Assembly: GCA_965206595.1 (NCBI GenBank) | Contig: OZ242214.1 | Location: forward strand, 3,360,001-3,424,000 | Source: Candidatus Latescibacterota bacterium | GTDB lineage: Bacteria; Latescibacterota; UBA2968; UBA8231 | Direction of reading: 5' to 3' | DNA: 64,000 bases | Shown: in pieces, positions 58,707 to 64,000 of the stretch | Numbering within the stretch: the first letter of the stretch is position 1 | Layout of the letters: every line of letters starts with the position of its first letter | Notes under the pieces: generated by a model | Told to the model about the DNA's origin: nothing | The model's input: the letters and a program-made list of their open reading frames with translations, nothing else | Databases searched by the model: none | Position numbers and translations under genes: made by a program

Positions 58707-61448
58707 TCACGAGCCCGTTCCCTGCGCGGCGCTGTCGAGGTCGAGCGACACCATCGCGAGCAGCTCCTCGTCGCTCATCTCGGTCAGGGAGGACTCCGCT
58801 CCCTGCGACAGGATCTCGTCGGAGAGCCCCTGCTTGGCGGCGATCAGCTGGTCGATGCGCTCCTCCACCGTGCCGCGGCAGACGAACTTGTGGACGAGGA
58901 CGTTCTTCTTCTGGCCGATGCGGAAGGCACGGTCGGTGGCCTGGTTCTCCACGGCCGGGTTCCACCAGCGGTCGAAGTGGATGACGTGCGAGGCGGCGGT
59001 GAGATTGAGCCCGGTGCCGCCGGCCTTGAGCGAAAGCACCATGAACGGCACCCGGTCGTCCTCCTGGAAGCTCTTGACCAGCTGCTGGCGCCTGCGCACC
59101 GGGGTGCCGCCGTGCAGCACCAGGCCGTCCCGCCCGAAGACCTCGGCGAGGAAGCCGGCAAGCGGCGCCGTCATCTCGCGGAACTGGGTGAACACCAGCA
59201 GCTTGTCCTGGCGCGCCGCGATCGATTCGCACAGCTCCTCGAGGCGTTCGAACTTGCCGCTGCCGTCCGGCTCGAAGCTGCCGTCGCCGAGCCAGTGGGA
59301 CGGGTGGTTGCAGATCTGCTTGAAGCGTATCAGGAAGGCGAGGACCATGCCGCGGCGTTCGATGCCGTCCAGCACCTCGATCGCTTCCTCCATCTCGTCG
59401 ACCGCCTGCTGGTAGAGGGCGGCCTGTTGCCGGCTTAAAAGGCACCAGGCGTTGACCTCGGTCTTGTCGGGGAGGTCGGCGATGACGCTCCTGTCGGTCT
59501 TGAGCCGGCGCAGGATGTAGGGCCGCATGAGCTTTCGCAGCGGCGCGTACCCCCCACCCTGGCCCGAAGCCATCGACTTGCACAGCCGCCCGAACGCCTT
59601 CGCCGAGCCGAGGAGCCCGGGATTGAGGAAATCGAAGATCGACCACAGGTCGCCGAGCCGGTTCTCGACCGGGGTCCCGGTCAGGGCCAGTCGCCACCTG
59701 GAGGGCAGGGCCTTGACCGCCCGGGTCTGCTGGGCGGCCGGGTTCTTGATGGCCTGGGCCTCGTCCAGCACCACTGTGCGCCACGGATGCCTCTTCATCC
59801 AGTCCAACCGCAGGACGGTGCCGTAGGTGGATATCACCGCGTCGTGCGCCGCCACCTTGCGGCGCGAGAGCTTCTTCAGCTCCGCCGAGGGGAGGTGCGA
59901 CGGATGGGCGACCAGCACCTTCAGAAAGGGGGCGAAACGTTCGATCTCCTGGCGCCAGTTGTCGATGAGCGAAGCCGGGACCACCAGCAGGTCGGTCCCC
60001 TTGTCTCCCTGTTTCCGGCCGAGGGAGAGCACCGCCAGCACCTGAATGGTCTTGCCCAGGCCCATGTCGTCGGCCAGGCAGCCTCCGAGCTCCAGTCCGC
60101 GCAGGGTCCACAGCCACTGCACCCCAAGCTTCTGATAGGGACGCAGTTCGGCCTTCAAACCGGCCCCCGCGTCGATCTCGGCCCGCAGGCTCGAGGCGCG
60201 CAGGGCCTCGAGCTTTCCCGTGAGCCACTTGCCGGCGACGACCTGAGACCATTCCGGCAGCTCGCCACCCTCCCCGTCATCGTGGCCATCGAGCGTTACG
60301 CCGGCCAGCATGCGCATCGCCTCGCCGAAGCCGACGCCTTCGGCGCGGGCCTCGGTTTGCACCTCCCGCCACTGCGCGAGCACGGCCTCGAGCTTCTCCC
60401 GGTCCACCTCGACCCACTTCCCCCTGATCAGCGCCAGACCCTCGGTGGAGGCCAGCAGGGCCTCTATCTCCTTCCGCGACAGGTTCTCGCCGTCGAGGCT
60501 CAGGGCGACGTCGAAGTCGAGCAGTCCCTCCATGCCGAGCACCGAGGGCGGCTTGCCGCCCACGGTCACCGAGACCTTGGGGCGGGGCCGGCTGGCGGCG
60601 CTCCACCAGTCCGGGGTGCGCACGACGAGCCCGGCCTGCTCGTAGAGGGCCGTCTCGGTCAGGAAGCGGTGCGCCTGCGCCGAGGTCCAGGGCAGGGGGT
60701 GGTAGACATCGCCGGAGTCGACGAGGTCGCGGAGGAAGTCGCTCTCCTGCGCGGCGCGGGACAGGGGGGCGAGCAGGGCGAGCAGCTTCTGCCGGTTCCT
60801 CTCCCCGGCGTACTCCTCGAGGGCGCGTCCCAGCGGCAGGTGCGAGGGCGCCGCCCGCCGGGAGACCTTGTGGACGTAGGTGGCGATGAAGGCGAAGGGG
60901 TACTCCGGATCGCGCCTGTTCTCGGCCAGGTGCAGGCAGACCCTGCCGACGACGTTCCAGACCGGACTCTGCGCCTTCAGGTAGCCCTGGACGCCCCCCT
61001 TGGACTTCGCCGCAAGGACTGCCAGGGCCTTCCCGGTGTCGGACCAAACCGCGCCCAGCAGCGCGGGCGTGATCAGCTCGGCGCCCGGCATCGGAGGGGC
61101 CGCCTGGACGCAGGCGGCGATCTCTTCGGGATCCGGGTCGGGAACGACCAGGGAATCGGGGTCGGACGGGTCGAGCACACCGCACACCCGGGCAACGAAG
61201 GAGCGGCCGAAGTCGCGCCAGTACGCCAGCGAAGGGTGGAGATCGGCGCCGGGCGCGCCAGCGCCCAGATGGAGCACCCCGTGCCCGCGCCCGGACTCGA
61301 ACGCATTGAGGATGCGCCGAGCATCCGCCGGCGCCATACGCGGGCCCTCCTCCGGGGCAGCGGGCCTCACGTCGATGCGCCCGCCGGGGGTCAACCCGCA
61401 GACGAGGGTGTGCGGCGCACCGGGGACGGCATCGGAGGTACGGGGCAT
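58707..61448 (-). CDS. SNF2-family (SWI2/SNF2) ATPase
   Basis: LRPYQ, LADDMGLGKT, DEAQ, TGTPVEN, LRRLK, SGK, GGTGLNLT, WWNPAVENQATDRAFRIGQ. Confidence 0.93.
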   Translation of the reverse strand: MPRTSDAVPGAPHTLVCGLTPGGRIDVRPAAPEEGPRMAPADARRILNAFESGRGHGVLHLGAGAPGADLHPSLAYWRDFGRSFVARVCGVLDPSDPDSLVVPDPDPEEIAACVQAAPPMPGAELITPALLGAVWSDTGKALAVLAAKSKGGVQGYLKAQSPVWNVVGRVCLHLAENRRDPEYPFAFIATYVHKVSRRAAPSHLPLGRALEEYAGERNRQKLLALLAPLSRAAQESDFLRDLVDSGDVYHPLPWTSAQAHRFLTETALYEQAGLVVRTPDWWSAASRPRPKVSVTVGGKPPSVLGMEGLLDFDVALSLDGENLSRKEIEALLASTEGLALIRGKWVEVDREKLEAVLAQWREVQTEARAEGVGFGEAMRMLAGVTLDGHDDGEGGELPEWSQVVAGKWLTGKLEALRASSLRAEIDAGAGLKAELRPYQKLGVQWLWTLRGLELGGCLADDMGLGKTIQVLAVLSLGRKQGDKGTDLLVVPASLIDNWRQEIERFAPFLKVLVAHPSHLPSAELKKLSRRKVAAHDAVISTYGTVLRLDWMKRHPWRTVVLDEAQAIKNPAAQQTRAVKALPSRWRLALTGTPVENRLGDLWSIFDFLNPGLLGSAKAFGRLCKSMASGQGGGYAPLRKLMRPYILRRLKTDRSVIADLPDKTEVNAWCLLSRQQAALYQQAVDEMEEAIEVLDGIERRGMVLAFLIRFKQICNHPSHWLGDGSFEPDGSGKFERLEELCESIAARQDKLLVFTQFREMTAPLAGFLAEVFGRDGLVLHGGTPVRRRQQLVKSFQEDDRVPFMVLSLKAGGTGLNLTAASHVIHFDRWWNPAVENQATDRAFRIGQKKNVLVHKFVCRGTVEERIDQLIAAKQGLSDEILSQGAESSLTEMSDEELLAMVSLDLDSAAQGTGS

Positions 61449-61819
61449 CGGGGGTTATCTCGAGGCAGGGAGGGTGAAATGGGGGGCAGGGGGGAAGATG
61501 ACCGATCCTGCGGTTCCCGCAAGCAGGAAGGGGGAACAGGGGTGGGCGTCAGGTCGGAAGGGAACCAGGGGCCGTGCGCGGCTCTGACGAGGAAACGCTG
61601 GCTGGACCGACTCGCCGGCGCTGGCCTTGTTGCGGTGACCGGGTGATGTTGTCGCCCTTTTCTGGAGGGCGAGGGCTGCCGCTATGCAGCCGCACCATCC
61701 GGCTCTAGCGGCTGATGACGGATGGCTTTGGTTTGCCGACCTCTTGTCCTCGTTTTCTTAAGCGCGGCTTTAAATTTGCCAGGGTATTCTTCCCGCCGGA
61801 TCCACAGAATCGGTCGCCA

Positions 61820-61910
61820 ATGCCTTGGGGCCGACAACCCGCGGTCGCCTTGATCAGGCCGCGTCAGGTTGGCGAGACCGCACTCGCTTACGAGATCGCG
61901 GGGCGGGCGG
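61820..61910 (+). pseudogene. Relic N-terminus of an AAA+ (DUF4143-type) ATPase
   Basis: RQPAVALIRPRQVGETALAYEIA resembles a decayed 'PAVALLGPRQVGKTTLA' Walker A region. Confidence 0.45.
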
Positions 61911-61955
61911 TTGGTCACCGGAGTCGATATCGGTCTTGTCGCCGGAAAGCGGATA

Positions 61956-62555
61956 GTGAGCCTCGACAAAACGCCGCCCAACAGCCTCGACGACGTGCGC
62001 TCCGCCCTCGGCAGCCGGCGCCTGAAAACCGTGCCGGGCTGCCGTGCCGCGGTGGCCGTCGTCTGCTGCGAGCAGGCCGGCTCGCTGCATCTGCTGTTCA
62101 TCAAAAGAGCGCAGAGAGCGGGAGATCCCTGGTCCGGGCACCTCGCCTTTCCCGGAGGCCGCCTCGATGCCGGCGACCCGGGGCCCCGGGCGGCTGCCGA
62201 ACGGGAGACGCGGGAGGAGGTCGGCCTCGACCTCGGCCCGGAGGAGTACCTCGGGCGCCTCGACGATCTCGCCACGGTGACCACCTCGATGCGGGTCGCC
62301 GCCTTCGTGTACGCAATCGCCGGACCGCGGCCGCTGCGGACCGGCGACGAGGTGGAGGAGGCGTTCTGGTATCCGTTCGCGGAACTGCTCGACCCGGAGC
62401 GGCAGGGGCTGCGGGAGTTCGAGCACCGCGGCGAGCGGGATTCCTGGCCGAGCATCGACCTGCGGCGCCCGGGCAGTCCCTATCTCTGGGGGGTGACCTA
62501 CCGTTTCGTCGCCCATCTGGCGGAGCTGCTCGGGCGCACTCTGCCCGGGGCTTAG
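61956..62555 (+). CDS. Nudix hydrolase (CoA pyrophosphatase-like)
   Basis: AAVAV, IKRA...DPWSGHLAFPGG, AAERETREEVGL and LWGVT. GTG start is inferred. Confidence 0.87.
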   Translation: MSLDKTPPNSLDDVRSALGSRRLKTVPGCRAAVAVVCCEQAGSLHLLFIKRAQRAGDPWSGHLAFPGGRLDAGDPGPRAAAERETREEVGLDLGPEEYLGRLDDLATVTTSMRVAAFVYAIAGPRPLRTGDEVEEAFWYPFAELLDPERQGLREFEHRGERDSWPSIDLRRPGSPYLWGVTYRFVAHLAELLGRTLPGA

Positions 62556-62719
62556 TGCATTCGCGAGCAAATCCGCCTTGGATTCGACCCCGCTCCATTT
62601 GAGGGAAATCGCGGTTCATCCAGAACCCGCTTGTGCGACTCATCCCCTCGATCCCGTCTCGACGACGTTGCCTCCCCCGGGGTCCTGCGGAACCAGGGCG
62701 GCCTCTGCCCGTGCCTGAC

Positions 62720-63364
62720 CTACTCGACCGCCAGCTCCTGAACCAGCAGGTATTGTCCCGGCAGCAGACGCGCGGTGACCTCCACCGGCTTGAAGTGGGA
62801 GCCGGCCCCGAGAAAGGCATCCTTGCCGGAGCCGAACTGCAGGTAGTTGTAGATGCGGCCGTCCTCCGCTTCGAGATGGTGCAGGTGGCCGAGCTCGCAG
62901 GAGTGCGGCAGGTCGGCGACGCTGAGGCCGCACTGGCACTTGTTCACCCCGGCGAGGGTGACCTGCTGCCCGGGATCGTTGCGGAAGGCGGCGAAGTCGA
63001 TCAGCGGCACCGTGGTCACCTTCTTCAGGGAATCGACGTGCACCAGGGCTCCCCGCTCCAGCAGCCTCCCCGACACCTGCACTACCGACCCGGGCTCCGT
63101 CTCTTCCAGGGCGCCGGCGTTCCCGGGGGTTTCGAGGAAGGCGTACACCCCCTCCTCGGTCACCAGGGCGCGGCCGGCGACCTCGTGCTCAGCCTGCAGC
63201 TGCGCGGGGGCGCCGCCCTCCGCGGCCGCGGTGAAGAAGCTGTGGATGTCGACGATTACCCCGTGCCCCTGGAAGGGGGCGCTCTGCTCTCCCTGCTGCT
63301 GCTGCTGGCCCGCCCACGCGGTGGTGGCCGCGGCGATCAGCAGTATCTGCGTTGCCGTTCTCAT
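62720..63364 (-). CDS. Secreted hypothetical protein with two OB-fold-like repeats and a Cys/His cluster
   Basis: Signal peptide; KCQC...HSCELGHLHH; repeated V.V.GRLL/ARLL segments; GGAG ribosome-binding site. Confidence 0.65.
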   Translation of the reverse strand: MRTATQILLIAAATTAWAGQQQQQGEQSAPFQGHGVIVDIHSFFTAAAEGGAPAQLQAEHEVAGRALVTEEGVYAFLETPGNAGALEETEPGSVVQVSGRLLERGALVHVDSLKKVTTVPLIDFAAFRNDPGQQVTLAGVNKCQCGLSVADLPHSCELGHLHHLEAEDGRIYNYLQFGSGKDAFLGAGSHFKPVEVTARLLPGQYLLVQELAVE

Positions 63365-63551
63365 CGCTGTCTCTCCGGAATGAAGGTGTCGGTGTGACGA
63401 TGGTGCGGTCCGCCCGGCTCCCTTGCCGGAGACGGCCGCAGGTTCATGGGTGAAACTCTCTTTGCCGGACCGCGGCGCAAGGGCAGCCCTGCCCCGGCGG
63501 CTTCAACCTCGCGCCTCCGTGAACCGCCGCTCGAACCGGCCGTGGCCGGCC

Positions 63552-64000
63552 TCAATCGTAGTTGCTCCGCTTGTGGTCCCCCATGAGGCGCAGCTGCCGC
63601 GGCGTCGCCCGCGCGAGGATGTCGGGATCGAACTGGAAGCGGTTGAGGTAGGGCGGGTACTTCTGGGTGATCATGCGCTGCGCGTAATGCACCTGCAGCA
63701 GGTAGCGCACCTCGCCGCTGGTGTTGGCGGTGCCCTGGTGCCAGACCTCGCTACGGAAGATGACGACGTCCCCCGCCTTGCAGAAAATCCCCTTGGGCGG
63801 GGACCCCTTGTACCCGGTGTCCCCGTCCGGCGGGCGGCCGGCGCGGTGGCTGCCCGGCACGAACGCGGTCGGGCCGAGCTCCTCGTAGAGGTCGTCGAGG
63901 TAGAAATGGGCGGTGGTGATGTACACCGGGATGCGCAGGCGCGGATCGTCCATCAGGTCTTCGGGAACCGTCAGCGGCTGCCAGTCGGCGTGCAGGTTCT
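63552..64000 (-). CDS. Phytanoyl-CoA dioxygenase (PhyH) family protein (5' end beyond the window)
   Basis: LHADW (HxD), YLDD...GPT.FVPGSH and AGDVVIF..EVWH.G..N. Confidence 0.88.
   Translation of the reverse strand, partial: NLHADWQPLTVPEDLMDDPRLRIPVYITTAHFYLDDLYEELGPTAFVPGSHRAGRPPDGDTGYKGSPPKGIFCKAGDVVIFRSEVWHQGTANTSGEVRYLLQVHYAQRMITQKYPPYLNRFQFDPDILARATPRQLRLMGDHKRSNYD

Overview
A high-GC bacterial chromosome segment with two lower-GC accessory regions. Lineage is inferred, not shown: UBact plus many secreted proteins with FlgD/T9SS-like tails suggests an FCB-group lineage such as Ca. Latescibacterota/Handelsmanbacteria. Left end (1-5.8 kb): an island next to tRNA-Val(TAC) with an ORF-track-missed methyltransferase-fold gene, an IS1380 copy that appears to split an integron attC-like hairpin, and a 5'-truncated CotH kinase gene. 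Core (6.3-46 kb): tyrS with an attenuator-like leader, guaA, gatB, two secreted M6 metalloproteases, a complete UBact-20S proteasome operon (arc-dop-ubact-prcB-prcA-pafA) behind lepB, carbohydrate oxidoreductases, a dnaE2-imuB-like mutagenesis pair, and a divergent, frameshifted HD-dNTPase/YwgA pair that shares overlapping promoters with dnaE2. Defence island (46.2-57.2 kb): Lamassu with lmuA split by an IS5, a fused type IIG/ISP-like restriction-modification enzyme, and a HEPN-like gene broken by a stop codon and a second IS1380 copy. Right end: an SNF2 ATPase followed by a SWIM protein with a ~170-aa histone-H1-like tail, a Nudix hydrolase, a secreted putative metal-binding protein and a partial PhyH dioxygenase. 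All family calls come from motif recognition by eye; no database searches were run.
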